This document shows positions 41,966 through 50,595 of a stretch of DNA of 64,000 nt, one piece after another (the stretch's first letter is position 1; each line of letters opens with the position of its first letter). The position numbers and the translations under genes are program-made. Source of the DNA: a virus (Duplodnaviria > Caudoviricetes); the IMG/VR virus record IMGVR_UViG_3300043959_000228; one strand, given 5' to 3'. The notes beneath the pieces are model-generated. The model saw only the letters and a program-made list of their open reading frames with translations, had not been told where the DNA came from and did not search any database.

Positions 41966-42007
41966 TCATGTTATCATGAGAGGTCTTCGTCTTGATATCT
42001 ACATCAT

Positions 42008-42139
42008 ATGGACGATGAGGTATTTACATTAGAAGATATTCGGGTTGTTGATACACCCGAGGAGCCTATTTACTGTATCCGAGTAGACGCACCTCATCAC
42101 GAGTTCTTAATTGGTCGTCTTGGTGTTCCTACTCATAAT
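42008..42139 (+). other. Intein C-terminal fragment (IntC), 44 aa; splice junction Asn|Ser at 42139/42140
   Basis: Penultimate His, terminal Asn, +1 Ser; block F IYCIxV..H.F. Confidence 0.85.
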
Positions 42140-43015
42140 AGTGATGACGCTAAGGCTCAGCAAGCCTTACGAGGTGAGGCTCAATCCATGATTGGATCTA
42201 TAGCTCGTTTAGGTCGAGCTGGAGGAGTCCATCTTATGGTTGCGACGCAACGACCAGATGCAAAGCTCCTACCCGGTGAGCTCAAGGCTAATCTTGGTAT
42301 GAGATTAGCCTGTGGACAGATGAACCCCACCGCATCAGCAATGACTCTTGACTCATCGTCAGCAGTGTCTACTCCTGGTAATCCTAAGGGCCGTGCAGTC
42401 ATCAGTGTCTACGGACACGAGCAACGAGGACAGATATACTTTGTGGATCAATCATGGATCGATGGCTGGTTAGATCGCCGTGGACTCAATCAAGATGGTA
42501 CTCCTAAGACGACTGGCCCAAGCGCATATATTGATCATGGTGTTGATGGTCTGAAGGATGGTAACACGCTTGATGACCTGCAAGGAGTAGACAACTCAGA
42601 GTATATTGCTAGAACCCAAGCTGAGAGAGAATCTATTGCTGAGCAGCACGCTCAGAAGATGGCCGCCCAAGGCATCACCTCTGATATGCCTGGATTACCA
42701 TCAGGCATGCTTCCACCAAATTATGAGGATGAATCAGCGGGCGGTGGATCTGGTCAGAACGCTCTTGCCGCCGAAGATGATGATCATTATCATATTGGAC
42801 GACCGGCTCTTCAAGGTGGATCTGGCGGGGTCGCTGAGCGACCCGAGGACGCTTGGGACGAGAGCATGGATCTCCTGGTTGAGGCTGGGAACGATGACTC
42901 GTCTGGGCAAGATGAATTCAGTGTTGATGATGACGATGACCACGATCGTCATGACAAGGCGGATCCAGACGACGATCAAGCTATAGACATGGATGACTTC
43001 AATTTTGATGAATAA
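42008..43015 (+). CDS. Split-intein C-fragment fused to the C-terminal half of an FtsK/SpoIIIE (TcpA-like coupling) ATPase
   Basis: aa 1-44 carry intein blocks F and G (IYCIRVDAPHHEFL...VPTHN|S); then IARLGRAGGVHLMVATQRPDA...KANL..R, PKGRAV; no Walker A or B. Confidence 0.85.
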   Translation: MDDEVFTLEDIRVVDTPEEPIYCIRVDAPHHEFLIGRLGVPTHNSDDAKAQQALRGEAQSMIGSIARLGRAGGVHLMVATQRPDAKLLPGELKANLGMRLACGQMNPTASAMTLDSSSAVSTPGNPKGRAVISVYGHEQRGQIYFVDQSWIDGWLDRRGLNQDGTPKTTGPSAYIDHGVDGLKDGNTLDDLQGVDNSEYIARTQAERESIAEQHAQKMAAQGITSDMPGLPSGMLPPNYEDESAGGGSGQNALAAEDDDHYHIGRPALQGGSGGVAERPEDAWDESMDLLVEAGNDDSSGQDEFSVDDDDDHDRHDKADPDDDQAIDMDDFNFDE

Positions 43016-43646
43016 TCGCGTGTTTGATGGTCATCATGGTCTCATCAGTAGCTGATATATCGTCAGCACAATGTCTAAGCAAAGCTCTTATTGATCCATC
43101 ATGATCATTAATGTTCTTCTTGTAATTAATCTGATGCTCTAATGATGACCAAGCGTCCATAGCAATAGTTCTAATCTGCGTTTCGACTTTGATATGATTC
43201 GGTGTCAGAATAATCATATGATAACTACGATATCCGCTTGGTTTAGGATTCCCGATATAATCCTTCTCCTCAATAATTGATCCGTTATCATCGGTGATAG
43301 CCGTTCTCAGCACATCGACGAAATGATAGACGTCATCTTTAAAACTGCAAACCACCCTAGCTCCCACGGCGTCATGCAAGACCAATGACGAATGAGCGTC
43401 AATAGGAAGATGTGATCTTTTCAGCTTCTCTTTCATTGATGATGGCGTCTTTATCCTACTACTGATGTACATGACTGGCTCAACACCAGGCTCCTCACCA
43501 GCGCCCATAACCTGTCGACACTCATTAATAATGTCAAGAAGCCATTGATGAGCATCCATAAGATCTCCCAGTAAATCACCATAATATCTGCTATACGATG
43601 AGTACTGCCTACCGATCAAGCCATTATCAGACCATGTGTTCACCAA
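42999..43646 (-). CDS. Small alarmone synthetase (RelP/RelQ-like GTP pyrophosphokinase)
   Basis: SRIKTPSSMKEK, HDAVGARVVC, DYIGNPKPSGYRSYH, VETQIRTIAMDAWSSLEHQINYK. Confidence 0.9.
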   Translation of the reverse strand: MVNTWSDNGLIGRQYSSYSRYYGDLLGDLMDAHQWLLDIINECRQVMGAGEEPGVEPVMYISSRIKTPSSMKEKLKRSHLPIDAHSSLVLHDAVGARVVCSFKDDVYHFVDVLRTAITDDNGSIIEEKDYIGNPKPSGYRSYHMIILTPNHIKVETQIRTIAMDAWSSLEHQINYKKNINDHDGSIRALLRHCADDISATDETMMTIKHAIIHQN

Positions 43647-43783
43647 GAAAACGCTCCTTCAATCATTATTGCAGACAACCTACTCATCATATTAAATTAA
43701 CCATTGACATTATATCACGATGTCACGCCAAAGAGCACCAATGATCATGAATATCTATACGTTAGTATGGATGAGATAAATGG

Positions 43784-44719
43784 ATGGTGGATACAATGAC
43801 CTCTCAGGATGTGACAACACGCGATCATGACGATCAAAAACAGACGGCTAACAAGAAATCGTCATTATCAACAATTAAGATTATCGCATCGGCAGGCGCC
43901 GCAGTAACAGCATCCGTATTGACGAGTATGCTGACAGGATATCTGAACGGCGTTGGTATTGTGGCCGTCACGTCAATTATTATTGCCGTGCTTAGCGAAA
44001 CATACTCTAAGACCTTACGACGAGTGAAAAGAGTTAGTGCTAAACTCGCCCTACAGGCTATTCCTCTACCAGATTCTTCAAAGAACAAATTAATCAATGC
44101 TGTAGAGGACACTGACGAGACCATTACTGATGACGAATCTGATAATGACATACCACCTGCGAGAATATGGGATCGATTCACACGATGGATAGGCCAGCTC
44201 AGTAATACAACGAAGACCATCGTCATGGTGATGTTCATTGCTCTATTAGCCATTGGCGTTAGCTGGGGTGTTACGACGATTACTGATCGACCAGATATCA
44301 CCAATGTCACGCAACGCGTTACCAAGCAAGAGGTCGTTTCATTGTCCTCAGCAGAGAAGACGGCTATTCAAGAAGCGGCCGTCAATGCTGTTCAGTCAAA
44401 GATTAATACTCTGAACACTAAAATACAGACGCAACAAGCGACTATTAAGGATCTCAGCGACCAGATCTCGAAAATGTCCTCAACATCATCGTCATCGCCA
44501 TCCACATCATCAGCGTCTCCGTCACCGACTACTGACTCATCAACCACATCGACATCACCATCCACTGACGATACGACGAAAGACACCGTTAAGACTCTGC
44601 AGGGACAGATTACATCATTAGAAAGTGAGGTCACGGCATTGCAGACAGCTGTTAAAGCATTGCAATCTGAGTCGTCGTCAACGAATAGTAGTAATTCTAA
44701 TACGTCTACAGGAAATTAA
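43784..44719 (+). CDS. Membrane protein with C-terminal coiled coils and Ser/Thr linker
   Basis: Three TMs, two heptad regions. Confidence 0.7.
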   Translation: MVDTMTSQDVTTRDHDDQKQTANKKSSLSTIKIIASAGAAVTASVLTSMLTGYLNGVGIVAVTSIIIAVLSETYSKTLRRVKRVSAKLALQAIPLPDSSKNKLINAVEDTDETITDDESDNDIPPARIWDRFTRWIGQLSNTTKTIVMVMFIALLAIGVSWGVTTITDRPDITNVTQRVTKQEVVSLSSAEKTAIQEAAVNAVQSKINTLNTKIQTQQATIKDLSDQISKMSSTSSSSPSTSSASPSPTTDSSTTSTSPSTDDTTKDTVKTLQGQITSLESEVTALQTAVKALQSESSSTNSSNSNTSTGN

Positions 44720-44967
44720 TGAAACCACGTCATCGTAATAAGAGCTAAATCACTCGGTCGAGTTTGGGCGACTTCACGGAACGTATGATTGCCAGAGAAC
44801 ACATTCGCTATTGACTGTATCGCCCAGATGATCCAATCCCATACCCATCCAAAGAAATTGAAAGGATTGCCGAATACGGATATGATGGCTATGATAAGAC
44901 CAGCCAGTAGGATACCTAAAAGGATCTTCTTAATCATAATGCAACATACTCCATACTCGATTGACAT
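44716..44967 (-). CDS. Small membrane protein
   Basis: Hydrophobic ORF; the real start may be MIKK at 44937. Confidence 0.6.
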   Translation of the reverse strand: MSIEYGVCCIMIKKILLGILLAGLIIAIISVFGNPFNFFGWVWDWIIWAIQSIANVFSGNHTFREVAQTRPSDLALITMTWFH

Positions 44968-44982
44968 AAGGAAGATATCACG

Positions 44983-45840
44983 ATGAATCTAACCACGATC
45001 ACATATCCCTATCATATGAAACGATTATCATCCATAGCTACCATCATCATATCCCTCGGCATGATCATACCATTGTCCGCATGCTCATCCTCAGTTATTT
45101 TCAACTCTACGGCATCACCAACTAGCAGTCATGAGACATCATCACCATCATCGTCTCATGCTCAATCATCGTCAGATGCATCGGTATCAGATGCTAAGTC
45201 CCTGTCATCGTGGTCGTCTGATATTGCTCCGAATTATTATGTAAGCTCAGGTAAGGCCATTCTTCCGAGTACACTGGTTCCAACGGGAACTATTGATTAT
45301 CAAGGATCTAACAGTCAAGGAAAGGCTGGATACGCCCACGCCGTCATCACGTACAAGATGATTGCTGATTCAGCCGGTTGGAGAGCTAAATTCGATTCTG
45401 ATGTTGATGAAATAGCTGGTTGGAAGAATCCAACGACTGGAAAGAGTAATAATCGTGAATCTACAATAGCATTAGTTGGTAAGACGAAGGTTTATCATGG
45501 ATACTTCTATAATAGATCACACCTTGTGGCTGACTCCTTAGGAGGCGCGCCATCAAAGAAGAATCTTATCACCGGAACAAGAATGCAGAATGTTGGTGAC
45601 AATAGCGCGCATCCTGGTGGCATGGCTTACGCTGAATCTAAAGTAAGGTCATATATGAAGCAACATCAAAATGTTACTACGGCATATTATGTCCAACCAG
45701 TCTATCAGGGTGATGAAATTGTTCCTCGTGGTGTGACTATTGACATGAGATCGTCAGATAATCATATTGACGAGCATGTCATCGTATGGAATTATGCAAA
45801 TGGTCATACTATTGATTATCATACAGGCGCGTGGCAGTGA
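44983..45840 (+). CDS. DNA/RNA non-specific endonuclease lipoprotein (paralogue of 7094-8377)
   Basis: Lipobox LSAC; FYNRSHLVADSLGG, NLITGTRMQN, YQGDEIVPRGVTIDMRSSD. Confidence 0.88.
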   Translation: MNLTTITYPYHMKRLSSIATIIISLGMIIPLSACSSSVIFNSTASPTSSHETSSPSSSHAQSSSDASVSDAKSLSSWSSDIAPNYYVSSGKAILPSTLVPTGTIDYQGSNSQGKAGYAHAVITYKMIADSAGWRAKFDSDVDEIAGWKNPTTGKSNNRESTIALVGKTKVYHGYFYNRSHLVADSLGGAPSKKNLITGTRMQNVGDNSAHPGGMAYAESKVRSYMKQHQNVTTAYYVQPVYQGDEIVPRGVTIDMRSSDNHIDEHVIVWNYANGHTIDYHTGAWQ

Positions 45841-45908
45841 GAATCAAACATTTTGCTGAATTCTAATTGATATCTATAATACTACCTATCAATCGTTAAG
45901 GATGCGTT

Positions 45909-46232
45909 ATGAAAAAAATTAGAATATTTATCGTTGGTTTACTCGTTAGTACTGGTATCTTGTCTATCGTTACGGTCATATCAGGTATCGTCTACGCGTT
46001 AGGTCGTCTCAAGGATAATACCAATAAGTATCGGTTCGGGCCAGCAAGGAAGATTGACTATCTATCAAAAATAGCTCATCGGGCTAATAGGGCATTAGAT
46101 GAATCAGCTATTGAGGAATGGCGTTCCGCCCAAGAAGAGGATCGTCAGCATTATGACGCGATTGAGGATGAGCATGACCGCTTACTGCGTGAAGCTCAGA
46201 AGAACGGTACTTGGGGCAAATCGTCAAAGTAA
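45909..46232 (+). CDS. Small single-TM protein
   Basis: N-terminal TM with charged helical tail. Confidence 0.6.
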   Translation: MKKIRIFIVGLLVSTGILSIVTVISGIVYALGRLKDNTNKYRFGPARKIDYLSKIAHRANRALDESAIEEWRSAQEEDRQHYDAIEDEHDRLLREAQKNGTWGKSSK

Positions 46233-46258
46233 CACCGCTAATATTTGTATTATAATAT

Positions 46259-46298
46259 ATCGTAATGGCCAGATCAATTTTGATCTGGCCATTACGAT
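46259..46298. terminator. Bidirectional terminator hairpin
   Basis: ATCGTAATGGCCAGATCA-attt-TGATCTGGCCATTACGAT between convergent genes. Confidence 0.8.
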
Positions 46299-46316
46299 TA
46301 TTAGGGTGTTACGTCG

Positions 46317-46505
46317 TTACATGAAGAATCCGTGAGACGCTCCTTGACCATCGTCAATTTTACGACTAATCTCATAATATTCTTTTCGCAATTCAGGGTC
46401 TACTTCTTCCTGAGCCTTGCGATCAACGCCTCGTCGAACACTCCATCCAAGAACTAATGAAATGATAACGATGACAATAACACCACCGGTAATAATCATC
46501 CACAT
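46317..46505 (-). CDS. Small single-TM protein
   Basis: AAGGAG SD; N-terminal TM. Confidence 0.6.
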   Translation of the reverse strand: MWMIITGGVIVIVIISLVLGWSVRRGVDRKAQEEVDPELRKEYYEISRKIDDGQGASHGFFM

Positions 46506-46538
46506 AATTGGCTCCTTATTATAACGTCATCAACGTGT

Positions 46539-47936
46539 TCATTGTACCTGCCAATCTTGTCGAATAACATCATTAGATATTGACAGTTTCTGAACAACAC
46601 CATGACGATCAACGACTGCTCGACGAATAGTATTCCACGATTCACCCGGACCATGGCCTATCCTCTCCGCATATTGGTAATTAGGATCAGACTCTGATTG
46701 TATAAGAAATTGATCGCGATCATTCCTTCCAAGAATAGTTACGATATTAGCGTCATTCTTCGATTGTTGATACCTCGTAATAATTCCTGCACGATCGTGC
46801 TCTGATAACTTGACTGGTTTCATACCATTGAATGATTGCAATCGTAATGCTTGCTCATCAAGAATCTGCTTCGCATTCAACGCATGATCACGTTGTTGCT
46901 GAGCTCTCGTCATCGCATCTTTAATCTGGTTAGACTGACCACGTAACTTTCGCTCTCGATCTCTTCTCGACCATAACGACGATCCTAAATCGTGCGTCAT
47001 AGAACTGATATCCTGCTTCCTACCCGCATGACGTAAAGCTGTCTCAATATGAGCAGTGTCTGACTCTAATCCTTTCAGACCTCTTTTATCGTGAGTAAGA
47101 TCAGATTGAAGATATGATTGCAATCCGGAAACAATGCTCGCAGAGTCTTGAGCTTCAGCATCTAAACCAGCTTTCACATTAATTAATGACGCCGGCAATG
47201 AAATCGACCATTGGGATGTACGATGCATCGATCCTGGCTTGTCTCCTCTGAACGTGAAGGACACTTTATCGCCATTCCGAGTACATGACAGGATATCTTG
47301 ATGATTATTCAGCAATGACGATCCTAACGCGTCTTGCCTACGCTGAATCCCCTCTAAATAACGCTCTCCGTGAGGCATTAGATTTCTGATATTCATAGTT
47401 TGATGTTGCAATACTGATACATCGTTAGGATTACGCATGGCCTTCTGGGCATCAGACAGCGATTGCTGTCGTTGAAGATGAGCATCCAGAGCAGCCTGAG
47501 CAGTCTTTCTAATAACAGTATGATCCTTCTGATCATATAAGGACTCAGGATTCAATTGATCGTTAATATCCTGTAATTGAGCTTCAGATTTAGCTGCATA
47601 CTGATCATACTCAGCGTTGATTGCATCTGCATCGTAATGAATTAGAGCATCTCTCGTCTCACGCCATTGTCGATTAAAATCATCTGCGGATAATCCATCA
47701 ATTAGGGACTCGTCAATATCCATATCGTCCTGCAAGTTGACACGAAATGGCTGATTAGACAATTTCTTTGATGATGATGCTCTCTGATATACATCCTCTA
47801 TAGCTTGATCAACTTCAGCACGAGTTGTATAATGCTTCAAAGGAGTACCATCAGCTTGCTTATGATATCGACAATGCGCTGGGTCCTTCGCTCTACATAC
47901 TTTACGAACATTACCCTCTCCAATTACATAAGCCAT
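46539..47936 (-). CDS. Protein with N-terminal CCHH module and coiled-coil body
   Basis: CRAKDPAHCRYH...H; GAGGAG SD. Confidence 0.7.
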   Translation of the reverse strand: MAYVIGEGNVRKVCRAKDPAHCRYHKQADGTPLKHYTTRAEVDQAIEDVYQRASSSKKLSNQPFRVNLQDDMDIDESLIDGLSADDFNRQWRETRDALIHYDADAINAEYDQYAAKSEAQLQDINDQLNPESLYDQKDHTVIRKTAQAALDAHLQRQQSLSDAQKAMRNPNDVSVLQHQTMNIRNLMPHGERYLEGIQRRQDALGSSLLNNHQDILSCTRNGDKVSFTFRGDKPGSMHRTSQWSISLPASLINVKAGLDAEAQDSASIVSGLQSYLQSDLTHDKRGLKGLESDTAHIETALRHAGRKQDISSMTHDLGSSLWSRRDRERKLRGQSNQIKDAMTRAQQQRDHALNAKQILDEQALRLQSFNGMKPVKLSEHDRAGIITRYQQSKNDANIVTILGRNDRDQFLIQSESDPNYQYAERIGHGPGESWNTIRRAVVDRHGVVQKLSISNDVIRQDWQVQ

Positions 47937-48051
47937 AATCGTATCTCCTCATAAGCCATCATCATGATAACGATAATCTAACCCATATATGGTCATGATA
48001 TGAGTTCCTGTACATATATTACGTCGTATAATCTAATGACGCCAATAGACG

Positions 48052-48139
48052 GACAGAACCGCCGGTCTAACGGACGCAGACGCAGTATCCGAGTAAATTA
48101 TGGGTTTATGATCATCCGTCCGTTAACGGCGGCTTAGAA
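48052..48139 (+). repeat. Repeat family A, copy 3
   Basis: GACAGAACCGCCGGTCTAACGGACG...GTAAATTATGGGT...CGTCCGTTAACGGCGGCTTAGAA. Confidence 0.9.
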
Positions 48140-48201
48140 TCATGAATCATACACCATGATGGACAAGCATATTACTAATCGTGCCTGTCCATCATCCATC
48201 A

Positions 48202-49293
48202 TTACTCTACATATTGATCAATCTTATCTGCTAATTGTTGATCGTAACGATCTGGCTCAATCCATAGATCAATGCTATACGTATTACCGAATTTCGATCT
48301 AATCATGTCCTCTAAATGATTGATAGCCGTAACGATGTCCACATCCTCAGCGAATTGGAGCTTCATTTTTGCTTCAACTCGCTTCTCAGATAAATGGAGG
48401 GTGATCAATGGTCTAAGAACAGCAATGACGTCTGGATCATCGTCGATGATTTTCATGATGGTTGCATACGTCGTATCGTTAGCGCTTTCACCAAGTAATA
48501 AGGAACCATTCTGCTTGCCAAGAGCAATAGCTCCTATAATCAAGATCACACCAATAATTAACGACGCAAACGCGTCCCATATTTCGTCACCAGTAAAAAG
48601 ACTCATTGAACAGCCGAATATGGCTACAATAAGACCAGCAATAGCTAGCGTATCTTCAGCAAGTACTGATGTAAGATCTGATGATTTCGTATCCATCCAG
48701 AATCGTACAGCGCTAAACTGCTGATTAGGATTGATTCTAGCATGAACTTCCTTCGCCTCATGATAGGAATTATGTAACGACCATCCCTCAGCGGCTATTG
48801 ATATGATGGACACGAGAATAGAGACCCTGAGCATTGTAGGATCGATGATATGAGCATTAGGACCTCCACGAGTGATAGAGCTGACCTTATTAATAGCCTC
48901 GATGAATGTGAAAAGACCTCCAACGCCGAAGAGCAATAACGCTACGATAAATCCAGAGAAATATCGCATTCTACTGCCACCGAGGGGATGCCGTTTTGTC
49001 GGTGGACGATGACCGACGTTCTTACCCCACAGGAGAACTAATTCATTAACCGAGTCAGCAAGACTATGAACAGCTTCACTCATCATGGCTTGAACACCAG
49101 CAAGCCCGCAGACGAATTTCGCTATCGTCACAATGATATTCGCTATAAGAGCACTCTTAACAGATGCGCCATCCTTGGAGTCAGGGTTATGTTCAGCCTT
49201 CTTCTTATTAATTCGAGCCTTGTCTGGTAGACTGCCCACAAGTACCGTCTTAAAGCCCTTCTTAGGCTTCGGTAATAGCGTTCTCTCCGCCAC
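48202..49293 (-). CDS. Cation diffusion facilitator (CDF) family transporter
   Basis: AMMSEAVHSLADSVNE, HPLG...RY, LAEDTLA, DAFASLIIG, LLGESA. Confidence 0.9.
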   Translation of the reverse strand: MAERTLLPKPKKGFKTVLVGSLPDKARINKKKAEHNPDSKDGASVKSALIANIIVTIAKFVCGLAGVQAMMSEAVHSLADSVNELVLLWGKNVGHRPPTKRHPLGGSRMRYFSGFIVALLLFGVGGLFTFIEAINKVSSITRGGPNAHIIDPTMLRVSILVSIISIAAEGWSLHNSYHEAKEVHARINPNQQFSAVRFWMDTKSSDLTSVLAEDTLAIAGLIVAIFGCSMSLFTGDEIWDAFASLIIGVILIIGAIALGKQNGSLLLGESANDTTYATIMKIIDDDPDVIAVLRPLITLHLSEKRVEAKMKLQFAEDVDIVTAINHLEDMIRSKFGNTYSIDLWIEPDRYDQQLADKIDQYVE

Positions 49294-49376
49294 AATGTCT
49301 CCTTATTCACAATTAGAGTCTACGATATAACTGCATAAAATTCTATCATGTCTATTGTACAACACGATAGACGATG

Positions 49377-49757
49377 TCATCTCTTGATATGAACATACCA
49401 TCCTCGATGATACGGATGCTGAGCAAGATACTCATCAGTGTGGGCATGGCTATGTTCAGGATCGAGTAAGTCAAATAACCATGGCTCAGCGTAGCACAGG
49501 TGCGTGGCGCAATCATGACAGAGAACGGCCTCCTTGTCCGCATCATGTAAGACATCTGTGGTCTTGTCATCGTCAAATTCTCGATTCTCGATGAACATAC
49601 TATAGCCACCATGAAAACCAATCCACAGAGCGTTGTCTAGCTGATAGCCATCAAACTCCTGCTCGTCGCAAGGAAGAGCCTGCTTAAGCTCTGCGCCACA
49701 GCGTGAACACGTCCATGTTTTCTCACTAATGTTTGAAATTGGATTCTCCTTTATCAA
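49377..49757 (-). CDS. Small zinc-binding hypothetical protein
   Basis: CSRC...CHDC pairs and a His-rich C-terminus. Confidence 0.55.
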   Translation of the reverse strand: MIKENPISNISEKTWTCSRCGAELKQALPCDEQEFDGYQLDNALWIGFHGGYSMFIENREFDDDKTTDVLHDADKEAVLCHDCATHLCYAEPWLFDLLDPEHSHAHTDEYLAQHPYHRGWYVHIKR

Positions 49758-49836
49758 AAATACACTTAATCCGATGAACCGACGGTACCATTATATCATA
49801 TAATAACGGAGTCCACATAATAAAGGTTGATGAGGA

Positions 49837-50595
49837 ATGAGCGATTTCAGAAAAACATATCATGTCATATCAGAAGAACAGATCAAGAGAATGCAGAATC
49901 AAGGCGTTAGGGATTACGACGCATCGACGAAAGAGGACCGCGGACCAGGTATCCCATTCGCTCAATCGAATAATCCTAGACCAGGACAATTTGACGGCCG
50001 AAAACTCTGTAAAGGCCGTATAGCTGATTACAAGACGTTCGTCGTTGTTGATGGTGAGGGCGTTAGAAACAGTCTGTATGTCAGTGGATGCAACTTTCGA
50101 TGCAAGGGATGCTTCCAACCATCAATTTTTGATTTCAATGCCGGATTCGATTACTCACAGGAATTAGAAGATCAAATCATTAAGGATCTGTCCTATGATT
50201 ACGTCCAAGGTCTCACACTTCTCGGTGGAGAGCCATTCGCTAATACGCCAACGCTGATACCTTTATGCAAAAGAATCAGAGAGACATATGGTGACACCAA
50301 GGACATCTGGTCATGGACTGGATTCACATGGGAGGAACTACATCGATCAGGTGAAACACCAGATAAACTTGAATTACTATCATATGTCGATATTCTTGTC
50401 GATGGCAGGTTCATGATTGATCAGAGGAATCCACTACTCCAATTCAGAGGATCAAGCAATCAACGAATCATCGATGTCAAAAAGTCAAATAATGAGGGCG
50501 TAGTTCACATCTGGGATAAACTACATGATCCTACGAATCATTTCAAGGAGTTATCCAATCAGGAAAGAATGCAATCAGAAGGATTAGAGTCATGA
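49837..50595 (+). CDS. nrdG: Anaerobic ribonucleotide reductase activating protein (radical SAM)
   Basis: VDGEGVRNSLYVSGCNFRCKGCF, LLGGEP, DILVDGRF, FRGSSNQRIID. Confidence 0.95.
   Translation: MSDFRKTYHVISEEQIKRMQNQGVRDYDASTKEDRGPGIPFAQSNNPRPGQFDGRKLCKGRIADYKTFVVVDGEGVRNSLYVSGCNFRCKGCFQPSIFDFNAGFDYSQELEDQIIKDLSYDYVQGLTLLGGEPFANTPTLIPLCKRIRETYGDTKDIWSWTGFTWEELHRSGETPDKLELLSYVDILVDGRFMIDQRNPLLQFRGSSNQRIIDVKKSNNEGVVHIWDKLHDPTNHFKELSNQERMQSEGLES

Noticed and set aside
41850-42008. Frameshifted cis-intein explaining the IntC start
   Set aside because: The upstream DNA is repeat A plus a promoter motif shared with tadB, and ORF 40990-41850 shows no FtsK Walker or IntN motifs.
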